From Chitinophaga pinensis (GTDB lineage Bacteria > Bacteroidota > Bacteroidia > CAMBQF01), in contig CAMBQF010000002.1 of assembly GCA_945869825.1 (NCBI GenBank), positions 1 through 60,047 of the forward strand: 60,047 nt of DNA, written 5' to 3'. Made by a program: the position numbers and the translations under genes. The notes under the pieces were generated by a model. The model was not told the origin of the DNA. It saw nothing but the letters and a program-made list of their open reading frames with translations, and ran no database searches. How positions within the stretch are numbered: the first letter of the stretch is position 1; each line of letters opens with the position of its first letter. Shown piece after piece: positions 1 to 8,668 of this stretch.

Positions 1-1
1 T

Positions 2-109
2 GCCTTTACGGGCAAGATAACGGCTATAACACCTGAAGGAAAACTGATAATTGAAACATCGACCGGACAAAAGGCTTTTGGCTTTAAAGAGGTTGAGTTT
101 ATGGTATAA
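2..109 (+). CDS. 3' end of a gene truncated by the window edge (possibly a BirA-type biotin-protein ligase C-terminal domain)
   Basis: Frame 2 is open from the edge and reads AFTGKITAITPEGKLIIETSTGQKAFGFKEVEFMV, with TAA at 107-109. It resembles the short beta-rich C-terminus of BirA ligases, but only 35 aa are visible. Confidence 0.4.
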   Translation, partial: AFTGKITAITPEGKLIIETSTGQKAFGFKEVEFMV

Positions 110-111
110 TA

Positions 112-666
112 ATGAAGACGATAGGAAAAAAAGTAAGCTACGAGCAAACACCTGAAAAGCTGCTTATAAACATAAACGGCAGGGGCACCAAAAAGCAGGT
201 AAACCTGGTGATACTTTGGCTGCTGTTGTGGACAATTTGCGGCACCGTGCTGGTAGTGGAACTGTTTGCCGACTACACCGGCCAACAAAAAATTGTACTG
301 GCAGTAATGGTGGCCTTTTGGTTGTATTTTGAATATGCGGTGTACTACATTTACCGCTGGCGCAAAGGCGGTATCGAGATTTTGAAGATTCAGGGCGATA
401 CGATGACCTACTCTCGCGAGATTAATGGTGTGGGCAAGGTACAAACCTTTGATGCCAGGCAGGTGCGCAACCTTAAAATGGTTGACTATGAAGACAGCGA
501 TTTTCAAAGGGCGTATTATAAATCGTGGTACAGTATAGGGGGCGAGATGGTGCAGTTTACCATTAACGGCCGCGAGCATCGCGTGGCTATGCAAATAGAA
601 GAGGATGATGCTAAAAAGCTGCTGAAGCTTATTGATAAGGCGTTGCCGGAAATCAGTAGTCAGTAG
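112..666 (+). CDS. hypothetical membrane protein (two predicted TM helices plus a soluble C-terminal domain)
   Basis: 184-aa ORF with hydrophobic stretches LVILWLLLWTICGTVLVVELF and IVLAVMVAFWLYFEYAVYYIY. No family recognised. Confidence 0.6.
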   Translation: MKTIGKKVSYEQTPEKLLININGRGTKKQVNLVILWLLLWTICGTVLVVELFADYTGQQKIVLAVMVAFWLYFEYAVYYIYRWRKGGIEILKIQGDTMTYSREINGVGKVQTFDARQVRNLKMVDYEDSDFQRAYYKSWYSIGGEMVQFTINGREHRVAMQIEEDDAKKLLKLIDKALPEISSQ

Positions 667-688
667 TCGGTTGGCATTGGGCACTAAG
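654..688 (+). repeat. five-unit heptanucleotide array CAGTAGT CAGTAGT CGGTTGG CATTGGG CACTAAG
   Basis: Exact period 7: C at position 1 in all five units, T at position 4 in four of five. It spans the TAG stop (664-666) of the upstream gene and ends at ATG 689. Confidence 0.7.
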
Positions 689-1528
689 ATGTTGAAACTA
701 TTGGCACATAATATGCATAACCATTTTATGCGTACCTTCGTAGTAATTTTCATGAGCACCCTTACTATTACAAAAAACCGTTTTTTATTGTTGGCAACCT
801 TATTGGTTTTGCCTGCATTGTTATTTGCGCAAGCCGATAGCAACAAGGTAGATGCTGCAGGTAAAAAGCAAGGCCTTTGGAAAAAGTATGATAACGAGGG
901 TAAGCTTAAATACCAGGGCCAGTTTAAAGACGATAAGCCCGATGGCATGTTTACTTATTACTACCCTGATGGGAAAGTAAAAACCGTATCAGTCTATTCT
1001 AAAAACGGCACTGTTGCCCGCGTAAAAACTTACGATGAATGGTATACCAAGCTGATGGCGGAAGGCAAATATGTGAACGAGAAGAAAGACAGCATTTGGA
1101 ATTACTATACGCTTGATGCTAAGCAGGATAGCGAAATAATATCAGTAGAGGCCTATAAAAATGGCGTAAAAGATGGGATGTGGAAAACATTTTACCCCGG
1201 TGGTAAGTTATTTGACACCAAAATTTACAAGAACGATATTTTAGACGGCCCCTGGCTGCAATATTTTGAAGATAACACGCCCCGTACCAAGGGTACCTAT
1301 GTTAAAGGTCAGCTACAGGGGTTGGTAACGTATTATGGCCCCGATGGAAAAAAAGTAGCGGAGGGGCGGTTTGTAAAGGGTGTGCGCCACGGTGTTTGGT
1401 TTGTTAAAAATGCCGAGGGGAAAATGGTGAATGAGAAGTACAATATGGGGCAGTTGATTGGCAAGCCCAAATTGGAAAAAACGAGTAAAGACGACGGCAG
1501 AAGACCGCCGCCAAAAGAAGCAGAGTAA
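689..1528 (+). CDS. MORN-repeat (YwqK-like) secreted protein
   Basis: Repeated G-x-W-x-x-Y/F...G-K-L/V units (GLWKKYDNEGKLKY, GMFTYYYPDGKVK, GMWKTFYPGGKLF, GVWFVKNAEGKMV). Signal peptide LLLATLLVLPALLFAQ. The start is uncertain (ATG at 689, 713, 728 or 752); the ORF-track start at 632 overlaps the upstream gene. Confidence 0.75.
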   Translation: MLKLLAHNMHNHFMRTFVVIFMSTLTITKNRFLLLATLLVLPALLFAQADSNKVDAAGKKQGLWKKYDNEGKLKYQGQFKDDKPDGMFTYYYPDGKVKTVSVYSKNGTVARVKTYDEWYTKLMAEGKYVNEKKDSIWNYYTLDAKQDSEIISVEAYKNGVKDGMWKTFYPGGKLFDTKIYKNDILDGPWLQYFEDNTPRTKGTYVKGQLQGLVTYYGPDGKKVAEGRFVKGVRHGVWFVKNAEGKMVNEKYNMGQLIGKPKLEKTSKDDGRRPPPKEAE

Positions 1529-1534
1529 AAGGAA

Positions 1535-2617
1535 ATGAGCAAAAAAGGACGTGTATTGGTAGCCATGAGCGGCGGTATAGATAGCTCCGTGACAGCACTA
1601 ATGCTGCACGAAGAGGGCTATGAAGTTGTGGGCATTACCATGAAGACGTGGGATTACGCATCGAGCGGAGGGAGTAAAAAGGAGACCGGATGCTGCAACC
1701 TTGATAGTATTAACGATGCGCGCCAACTGGCAGTTAACTTGGGTTTTCCGCATATGATACTGGATATACGCAATGAGTTTGGCGATTATATAATTGACAA
1801 TTTTGTTGACGAATACATGGCAGGGCGCACGCCTAACCCCTGTGTGCTTTGCAATACCCATATTAAATGGGATGCCTTATTGAAACGTGCCGATAAGCTT
1901 GACTGTGAGTTTATTGCCACCGGCCACTATGCGCAGGTAAGGTATGAAAATGGCCGCTATGTGGTATCTAAAGGCCTGGACGAGAAAAAAGACCAGAGCT
2001 ATGTGCTTTGGGGATTAAGCCAAGAGAGCCTTGCCCGCACACGCTTCCCCCTAGGTGGGTTTACCAAGCCGGCTATACGCCAAATGGCGTTTGATGCAGG
2101 TTACCAGGAACTGGCTAACAAAAACGAGAGTTACGAGATTTGCTTTGTACCTGACAACGACTACCGCGGCTTTTTAAAACGCCGTGTAGACGGCATTGAA
2201 AAATTGGACGGTGGCAGCTTTGTTGACCGCACTGGCCGCGTACTGGGTAAACACCATGGCTACCCATTTTATACTATTGGCCAACGCAAAGGCTTAATAG
2301 CCGCAGGCGAGCCGATATTTGTTACCCAGATAATACCGGAAACCAATACGGTGGTTCTAGGCCCTGAACACGAACTGGAGAAACAGGAAATGTGGGTGCG
2401 TAACCCTAACCTTATTAAGCTGGATAACCTTGATACCCCCGTAGAAGCCCTTACCAAAATACGCTATAAAGACCCCGGCGCTATGAGTACCATAGTAACC
2501 GAAGGAAACCGTATAAAGGTAGAGTTCCGCAAGCAGGTAAAGGCGGTAGCACCTGGCCAAAGCGCGGTGTTTTACGATGGCAACGACCTTATAGGCGGTG
2601 GGTTTATTGATAAGTAA
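1535..2617 (+). CDS. mnmA: tRNA 2-thiouridine(34) synthase MnmA
   Basis: PP-loop motif VAMSGGIDSS, GRTPNPCVLCN, and a full-length 360-aa architecture typical of MnmA/TrmU. Confidence 0.92.
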   Translation: MSKKGRVLVAMSGGIDSSVTALMLHEEGYEVVGITMKTWDYASSGGSKKETGCCNLDSINDARQLAVNLGFPHMILDIRNEFGDYIIDNFVDEYMAGRTPNPCVLCNTHIKWDALLKRADKLDCEFIATGHYAQVRYENGRYVVSKGLDEKKDQSYVLWGLSQESLARTRFPLGGFTKPAIRQMAFDAGYQELANKNESYEICFVPDNDYRGFLKRRVDGIEKLDGGSFVDRTGRVLGKHHGYPFYTIGQRKGLIAAGEPIFVTQIIPETNTVVLGPEHELEKQEMWVRNPNLIKLDNLDTPVEALTKIRYKDPGAMSTIVTEGNRIKVEFRKQVKAVAPGQSAVFYDGNDLIGGGFIDK

Positions 2618-2683
2618 TCTACCAATTGCCTTTCTAAATAACCTTTTCTGACTATCTTCGTACAAAGCGTGCAACTTATAAGC

Positions 2684-3406
2684 ATGAAGAAATTTTACAC
2701 TCCGTTATTCTTACTTTTTCTTACAACAGCAACGATTCTATCGTCGTGCAAAGAAGACACCATTGATGGCACTTTGGTGCAGGGTTATGAGTATTTCCCC
2801 ACAGAACAGGGACGCTATAACCAGTTTGCGGTAGACTCTATACAATGGGATGATTTTGACCCTAACAACCCCATAGACACATTTACTTTTGATATACGCG
2901 AAGTTAACGACAGCATTTTGCTTGATAACAGTGGTGATAGCACGGTGCGTTTAGAGCGCCTGCGCCGCGACAGCGCCAACGGGGCATGGTATATTAAAGA
3001 CGTTTGGAGCATGAAGCAGACCGATGCCACTGCCGAAAAAGTAGAAGAGAACGAACGCTTTATTAAACTGCGTTTCCCCTTAAAAGACGGAAAGATTTGG
3101 AACGGAAATTACTACAACACCATAGGCAATTGGGACTATGAAATTACCAATTTGGGCAAACCTTTTACGGTGAACGGGGTTACTTTTCCGGAAACTGTTA
3201 CCGTAATACAAACGGGCCTTAACGACCCATTGATAAACAAACAGAAAGGCAAAGAAGTGTATGCTAAGGGCGTAGGCTTAATATACAGGGAACTTATGAT
3301 TACCGAAGCGTATACAGACCCACAATATTTAAACCTTCCGTATGACCAGCGCATACGTGTAGGTTTTAAAATGACGATGAAATTAACGGATTACAATCCG
3401 CAGTAA
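2684..3406 (+). CDS. hypothetical lipoprotein
   Basis: MKKFYTPLFLLFLTTATILSSC is a signal peptide with a lipobox Cys. ATG at 2684 is preferred over the GTG at 2669 used by the ORF track. Confidence 0.6.
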   Translation: MKKFYTPLFLLFLTTATILSSCKEDTIDGTLVQGYEYFPTEQGRYNQFAVDSIQWDDFDPNNPIDTFTFDIREVNDSILLDNSGDSTVRLERLRRDSANGAWYIKDVWSMKQTDATAEKVEENERFIKLRFPLKDGKIWNGNYYNTIGNWDYEITNLGKPFTVNGVTFPETVTVIQTGLNDPLINKQKGKEVYAKGVGLIYRELMITEAYTDPQYLNLPYDQRIRVGFKMTMKLTDYNPQ

Positions 3407-3429
3407 GTAATAAAAAGAATACCATTTTG

Positions 3430-5124
3430 ATGAAAACATCTAATCGCTTTTTCACCTTGTTTTTATTGCTGTTAACAGCAATTACTTTACAGGCGCAGGT
3501 ACCCGCAGCCCCATCAAGATATGTGGTCTTTTTTAGAGATAAAAACAACTCACCCTACTCAATAAACAACCCCTCGCAATTTTTATCGCAAAGGGCGTTA
3601 GACCGACGTGCTCGCTACAACATAGCGTTAGATCAATATGATATCCCTGTAAACCCACAATATGTATCTGGCATAGCCAATACTGGAGCCGTAATACTTA
3701 ACAAATCAAAGTGGTTGAACTGTGTTACCATTTGGACACCCGATACTTCTATCCTATCTCAAATAACAGCACTGCCTTATGTGCAGGCTTTAGGGCCTGT
3801 AGCCCGCCGCAAAGCAGTAGATAAAAACCCTGTAATGGATTTTGCGCGCGACATAACGCCCAAAATCAGGAGTAAAAGCACCGCTAAAAGCGGCAACACT
3901 GCGCTTGATTATGGCTTGGGTGCCAACCAGATAACGATGTTTAACGGACAGGTTTTCCACCTGCTGGGCTTTATGGGGCAGGGAATGCAAATAGCCGTGT
4001 TGGATGCAGGTTTTTCTAACACCGACCAATTGGACATTTTTGATAGCCTGTATGTAAACAACCAAGTACTTGGCACAAAAGACTTTGTAAACCCTACAAA
4101 TACGGATGTTTACCAGTTTAACACCCACGGAACGTATGTACTATCTTGCATAGGAGGCAACCTGCCAGGTGTATTGGTAGGTACAGCACCAAAGGCAGGG
4201 TTTTGGCTATTGCGCACCGAAGAGGGCGCGAGCGAAAACCTTATTGAAGAATACAATTGGTCATCAGGCGCGGAATTTGCCGATAGTGTTGGGGCTGATG
4301 TTATCAACTCATCACTTGGCTACACCGAATTTGATGACACGCTGGTAAATCATGTGTATGCCGACCTTAACGGCGATAAAACCCCTATTACCCGTGCGGC
4401 AGATTTTGCAGCATCGCGCGGAATGCTGGTAGTAAACAGCGCAGGCAACTCGGGCACCAGCCCATGGTTCCATATTGGCGCCCCTGCCGATGCTGACAGT
4501 ATATTAACTATTGGTGCGGTAGACTCTACCCGCGCCTATGCCACCTTTAGCTCTAAAGGACCATCGGCAGATGGAAGGGTGAAGCCCAATGTATGCGCTC
4601 AGGGCCGTAATGCCTGGGTGGCCAACGTATCGGGCGGAATTATGAAAGGCAGCGGTACATCGTTCTCTTCACCTATCATGGCAGGTGCGGTAACGTGTTT
4701 TTGGCAAGCTTACCCAAGCAGCAACAATATGCAAATTATAGAGGCTGTGCAACGCAGCGCAAGCCAGTATAACAACCCCGATAGCCTTATGGGCTATGGT
4801 ATACCCAACTTTGCTACAGCGGGTCAGTTTTTAACAACATCGGTAGATAATATTGCCCTTGATAAAGATGAGATATTAAACATCTTCCCCAACCCGTTTT
4901 ACAGCACGTTTAACATTGTTTACCGCCCTGAAAAGAGCAAGACTATAGATGTTACCGTTACTGATATGGCGGGTAAAAAGGTATTCTCTAAAAACTACCC
5001 TGTAACACCGGGCGAACCTAACAGCATTGTTTTAACAGGCATGGAGAATAACCCAAAAGGCCAATATGTTGTTACGGTGAAAAGCGGTAAGCAGCGTATT
5101 TCTAAAACGTTGATGAAGGAGTAA
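3430..5124 (+). CDS. S8 (subtilisin-family) serine peptidase with a T9SS type A C-terminal sorting domain
   Basis: Catalytic triad contexts VLDAGF (Asp), HGTYVLS (His) and GTSFSSP (Ser). Signal peptide present. The C-terminal ~80 aa (ILNIFPNPFYSTFNIVY...GQYVVTVKSGKQRISKTLMKE) resemble Por_Secre_tail. ATG at 3430 lies one codon after the TTG at 3427. Confidence 0.88.
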   Translation: MKTSNRFFTLFLLLLTAITLQAQVPAAPSRYVVFFRDKNNSPYSINNPSQFLSQRALDRRARYNIALDQYDIPVNPQYVSGIANTGAVILNKSKWLNCVTIWTPDTSILSQITALPYVQALGPVARRKAVDKNPVMDFARDITPKIRSKSTAKSGNTALDYGLGANQITMFNGQVFHLLGFMGQGMQIAVLDAGFSNTDQLDIFDSLYVNNQVLGTKDFVNPTNTDVYQFNTHGTYVLSCIGGNLPGVLVGTAPKAGFWLLRTEEGASENLIEEYNWSSGAEFADSVGADVINSSLGYTEFDDTLVNHVYADLNGDKTPITRAADFAASRGMLVVNSAGNSGTSPWFHIGAPADADSILTIGAVDSTRAYATFSSKGPSADGRVKPNVCAQGRNAWVANVSGGIMKGSGTSFSSPIMAGAVTCFWQAYPSSNNMQIIEAVQRSASQYNNPDSLMGYGIPNFATAGQFLTTSVDNIALDKDEILNIFPNPFYSTFNIVYRPEKSKTIDVTVTDMAGKKVFSKNYPVTPGEPNSIVLTGMENNPKGQYVVTVKSGKQRISKTLMKE

Positions 5125-5130
5125 ATTTTT

Positions 5131-5165
5131 CAGTTGGCAGTTCGCAGTTGGTTGTTCATAGTTAG
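5131..5165 (+). repeat. five-unit heptanucleotide array CAGTTGG CAGTTCG CAGTTGG TTGTTCA TAGTTAG
   Basis: A GTT core recurs with period 7. Starts 6 nt after the S8 peptidase stop. Confidence 0.8.
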
Positions 5166-5239
5166 TTTATCGACTATAAGTAATCAAATAAAAACGTTAT
5201 TATAAGTTGCAAAGGCGTAATGCCTATCGGCTAAAAGGT

Positions 5240-5247
5240 TAATTTTG
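5240..5247 (+). promoter_or_regulatory. -7 promoter box TAATTTTG (Bacteroidota TAnnTTTG consensus), rhomboid gene
   Basis: Exact consensus match, 5 nt upstream of ATG 5253. Confidence 0.5.
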
Positions 5248-5252
5248 CCCCT

Positions 5253-5876
5253 ATGCAAGGCCATCTATCTGTTACCCTTATTTTAATTATTATAAACGTA
5301 GCCTTTTCTTTTGCGGCCTTTAACCAGCCGGCATTAAAGAACAGGTTTATGTTTAACCCCTATATGGTTAAGCACCGTAACGAGTGGTGGCGCCTGTTTA
5401 CCGGCGGCTTTTTGCATGCCGATATGATGCACCTGGCGTTCAACATGTTTACCCTATACTCTTTTGGTAATTTGGTTGAGGGGGCTGCCTTTGGGCAGTT
5501 GTTTGGGGCTAAAGCGCCAATATACTTTGCAGGCCTTTATATTGGAGGTTTATTGTTTGCTGATATTTACGCATTAGAGAAGCATAAAAACGATATATGG
5601 TATAATGCTTTAGGTGCATCGGGGGCAGTATCGGCGGTGGTGTTTTCATCAATATTGATGATGCCCACACAGGTTGAGATATTTGGGTTGCCCAGCTTTG
5701 TTTATGGAATTTTGTACATCATATACTCAATATACGCCGGCAACCGCGGAAAGGATAATATAGGCCACGGAGCCCACCTTGGTGGTGCTGTTTTTGGGCT
5801 TATTTACACCTTTATAGTTTACCCCGAGGTAGGCCAAATGTTTATTTACCATCTACAATCGGCATTAGGACGTTAA
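5253..5876 (+). CDS. rhomboid-family intramembrane serine protease
   Basis: Multi-TM protein with the GASGAVSAV (GxSG) motif and the GHGAHLGGAVFG histidine motif. Confidence 0.8.
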   Translation: MQGHLSVTLILIIINVAFSFAAFNQPALKNRFMFNPYMVKHRNEWWRLFTGGFLHADMMHLAFNMFTLYSFGNLVEGAAFGQLFGAKAPIYFAGLYIGGLLFADIYALEKHKNDIWYNALGASGAVSAVVFSSILMMPTQVEIFGLPSFVYGILYIIYSIYAGNRGKDNIGHGAHLGGAVFGLIYTFIVYPEVGQMFIYHLQSALGR

Positions 5877-5879
5877 TTA

Positions 5880-6365
5880 ATGAAAAGCAAAGCCATATTT
5901 TTAGACCGCGACGGGGTGATAAACCACGAACGGGGAGACTACGTGTGGCTGGTTGATGATTTGATTATTAACGACGGTGTGGTAGAGTTTTTGCAGGAAC
6001 TGAGGAGCAGAGACTACCTCTTCTTTATCATTACCAACCAAAGCGGTATTAGCAAAGAGCTATATACCCACGAAGATGTTAACGAAGTCCACCGTTATAT
6101 TAAAGACCATTTTGCCATCTACGGCATACGGTTTACCGAGATTTATTATTGCCCCCACCACCCTACCGTAACACACTGCCTGTGCCGCAAGCCAGGGTCG
6201 CTGCTAGTAGAGAAGGCTGTAGCCCGTTTTAATGTTGACCCTGCCCAAAGCTATTTTATTGGCGATAGGGAACGCGATGTTGAAGCCGCCAAAGGCACGG
6301 GGGTAAACCCGATATTAATACCATCAAACGCCCCGCTGGGCGATTATTTAAGCATGATAGCGTAA
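5880..6365 (+). CDS. gmhB: HAD-IIIA phosphatase, D-glycero-D-manno-heptose 1,7-bisphosphate phosphatase-like
   Basis: FLDRDGVIN (DxD motif), ITNQSG, GDRERD, and the Zn-finger-like CPHHP...CLCRKP insertion typical of GmhB. Confidence 0.7.
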   Translation: MKSKAIFLDRDGVINHERGDYVWLVDDLIINDGVVEFLQELRSRDYLFFIITNQSGISKELYTHEDVNEVHRYIKDHFAIYGIRFTEIYYCPHHPTVTHCLCRKPGSLLVEKAVARFNVDPAQSYFIGDRERDVEAAKGTGVNPILIPSNAPLGDYLSMIA

Positions 6366-7210
6366 TGGAGAACCTTATACTATTTCACAACAACGAGTTT
6401 GTAAAAGAGGCCGATTTGCATATTGGCGTGACCAACCGCGCCTTCAGGTTTGGCGATTGTATTTTTGAAAGCGTGCGTCAGGCCAATGGAAATATTTGCT
6501 TTATTGACGACCATTTTGAGCGTTTTGTTGGTGGCATGAAAGCCATTAAAATGGAAGTGCCCAAGTGGCTTACCGTTAGCGTGGTAGAAAAGGCTTTTGA
6601 AAAGCTGAAACAGCAAAACAAGATTACCAAAGGCGCCCGTGCCCGCATGACAGCCTACCGTAACTACGGGCTTACCTATAAGCCGGAAGGAAACGATGTA
6701 TCAATCATTCTAGAGCTACGTCCGCTGGCTGATGAAACCTATGTGCTAAACGACAAAGGCTTTACCATTGGGTTGTATACGGAGAACCACAAGCATAGGG
6801 CTACCTACTCTCAATATAAAACAGGCAACTCGCTACTTTATGCCCTGGGGGCAATCCACGCGGCAAGCCATAAGTGGGACGAAGCGATATTGGTAAACGA
6901 TGATGAGCGTGTGGTTGAAACCACCTCATCAAACCTGTTCATGGTGAAGAACGGAATCATATTTACCCCTCCACTTAGCGATGGCTGCATAGCTGGTGTT
7001 ATGCGTCGCAACCTGATAGAAATAGCGGAAGAGGGTGGTATTAAAGTACGTGAACAATCGATGGCGCCGGCGGCGCTTGAGGAAGCCGATGAGATATTCC
7101 TAACAAATACCATAAACGGTATACGTTGGGTTATGGCTTATGGTAAGCGCAGGTATTTTAATAATGTATCGAAGCAGCTAATGGAGTGGTTGGCAGAATC
7201 GGTGGAGTAG
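6365..7210 (+). CDS. class IV aminotransferase (branched-chain/D-amino-acid aminotransferase or aminodeoxychorismate lyase family)
   Basis: 281 aa with FRFGDCIFES, SSNLF and LTNTINGIR motifs typical of fold-type IV PLP enzymes. The ATG overlaps the gmhB stop (TAATG). Confidence 0.7.
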   Translation: MENLILFHNNEFVKEADLHIGVTNRAFRFGDCIFESVRQANGNICFIDDHFERFVGGMKAIKMEVPKWLTVSVVEKAFEKLKQQNKITKGARARMTAYRNYGLTYKPEGNDVSIILELRPLADETYVLNDKGFTIGLYTENHKHRATYSQYKTGNSLLYALGAIHAASHKWDEAILVNDDERVVETTSSNLFMVKNGIIFTPPLSDGCIAGVMRRNLIEIAEEGGIKVREQSMAPAALEEADEIFLTNTINGIRWVMAYGKRRYFNNVSKQLMEWLAESVE

Positions 7211-7774
7211 CTAGTTAAGCGAAGGGTTCTCTGGGAAGTTGCCCCAGATGGCGTATTGTGTTTCGCTCTCGCGAATAAGTTTCCCCCACAGATCTTCAGT
7301 ATCTTCCTTTATTAAACCTTTTGGGGTATCGGCAATAAGCCAGGAGCTATGGCCAATCTCGTTATCAAGTTGGCCTTTTTCCCAACCTGAGTAGCCTGCA
7401 AAAAAGCGGACATTTTCGGGTGTTACTTTACCGGCCAAAATAAGGGCTTTCAGCTTATCAAAGTCTCCGCCCCAGTAAAGGTCTTTAGTAATGCGGTGGC
7501 TACCTTCTATCGCTTTGCCCAGGTTGTGGATAAAGTATAGCATATCGTTTTGCACGGGGCCGCCAGAATACAGCATGGCATCAAACTCCGGAAAATCTGG
7601 AATGACATCGTTAATGCTGATATTTAATGGTTTATTGATAACAAAGCCCATAGAGCCTTTGTCGTTATGTTCGGGAAGCAGCACCACGGCGCGCTTAAAA
7701 TAGTAATCTACCAAAAAGGGTTCTGATATAAGAAGAGAACCTGGCTTTACACTACTAACGATTTTAGTTTTCAT
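7211..7774 (-). CDS. YqgE/AlgH family protein (UPF0301)
   Basis: LISEPFLVDYYFKRAVVLLPEHNDKGSMGFVINKP and GGPV...YSGW are typical of the family. The start is taken at MKTKIV; the ORF track extends 11 codons further. Confidence 0.8.
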   Translation of the reverse strand: MKTKIVSSVKPGSLLISEPFLVDYYFKRAVVLLPEHNDKGSMGFVINKPLNISINDVIPDFPEFDAMLYSGGPVQNDMLYFIHNLGKAIEGSHRITKDLYWGGDFDKLKALILAGKVTPENVRFFAGYSGWEKGQLDNEIGHSSWLIADTPKGLIKEDTEDLWGKLIRESETQYAIWGNFPENPSLN

Positions 7775-8021
7775 AACCGTCAATTTTAATTTTGTAACGC
7801 CAAACAATGTGTTTGGTTGGTGTAGGTAAAATTACTTTTCCATAATTAGTCAAAATACTTTTACCATTTTAAACAGTACGCCTGTAAGTTTTTCACACCT
7901 ATTTGCATACAGTGTTAATAATGCAAGCCTTGTGCCAAATTAAAGAAAGCTATACATCTCTAAGATTAGAACTCTGTTGATTACATATGGTTTATTAGTA
8001 GGACCTTACAAAAAAGGGAAG

Positions 8022-8058
8022 CCACCACCCAAACCATTCTCCAAAGGAGAGGGGGGGG
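8022..8058 (+). repeat. REP-like hairpin element, copy A (CCACCACCCAAACCATTCTCC-AAA-GGAGAGGGGGGGG)
   Basis: Shares CACCC(A/C)AA(A/C)CC(A/C)TTCTCC...GGAGAGGGG with copy B. Contains a short stem-loop and a G8 homopolymer. Confidence 0.6.
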
Positions 8059-8102
8059 TAAAACACCAACAGAAAATATCATCAACATTTAAAGCAAACC
8101 AC

Positions 8103-8110
8103 TATATTTG
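8103..8110 (+). promoter_or_regulatory. -7 promoter box TATATTTG, pyrR
   Basis: Exact consensus match, 4 nt upstream of ATG 8115. Confidence 0.5.
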
Positions 8111-8114
8111 CACC

Positions 8115-8651
8115 ATGACCCATAAAGTGCTGCTTGGTCCCGATGAATTTAAGCTAACGCTGAGCCGCCTTTGTTATGAATTGATAGAAAACCACAATTC
8201 ATTCTCCGACACCGTTATTATTGGCATACAACCACGCGGGGCTAACGTAGCCGCCCGCCTGGCAAAGCAGTTGCAGCATATTACCGGCAATAAAATAACG
8301 GCAGGCAACCTGGATATTACATTTTACCGCGACGATTTCCGCCACCAGGCAGAGCCCCTTACCGCTTTTGATACCACCATCAACTTTTTGATAGAAGGTA
8401 AAAAAGTGGTGTTGGTAGACGATGTATTATACACTGGCCGAACCATACGCGCCGCTATGGAAGCCCTGTTACAGTTTGGCCGCCCTGCAAGTGTAGAGCT
8501 GCTGGCTATGATAGACCGTCGCTATAGCCGCCACCTGCCTATACAGCCCGACTATGTTGGCCGTGTGGTAGATACCATACAAAGCCAAAAAGTGAAGGTA
8601 GAATGGGCAGAACATGAAGGAACAGACCAGGTTATACTTTTAGAACAATAA
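8115..8651 (+). CDS. pyrR: bifunctional pyr operon regulator / uracil phosphoribosyltransferase PyrR
   Basis: PRTase motif VVLVDDVLYTGRTIRAA and a PyrR-like length from ATG 8115. The upstream 46 codons of the ORF-track entry cover a REP-like element and look non-coding. Confidence 0.88.
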   Translation: MTHKVLLGPDEFKLTLSRLCYELIENHNSFSDTVIIGIQPRGANVAARLAKQLQHITGNKITAGNLDITFYRDDFRHQAEPLTAFDTTINFLIEGKKVVLVDDVLYTGRTIRAAMEALLQFGRPASVELLAMIDRRYSRHLPIQPDYVGRVVDTIQSQKVKVEWAEHEGTDQVILLEQ

Positions 8652-8668
8652 AAAAAACGGAACATACT

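Noticed and set aside
2618-2668. A possible 14-nt periodicity (CCTTTCTAAATAAC / CTTTTCTGACTATC) after the mnmA stop.
   Set aside because: There are only two imperfect units (about 9 of 14 matches), which is not distinguishable from chance.
7977-8114. The N-terminal 46-codon extension of the pyrR ORF, and the idea that TTCTCCAAAGGAGAGG is a PyrR-binding attenuator loop.
   Set aside because: The extension translates a REP-like element (KPFSKGEGG) shared with 44195-44230. An exact TATATTTG box 4 nt before ATG 8115 places the likely TSS downstream of the hairpin. The loop also does not match the PyrR site (UCCAGAGAGG) well enough.
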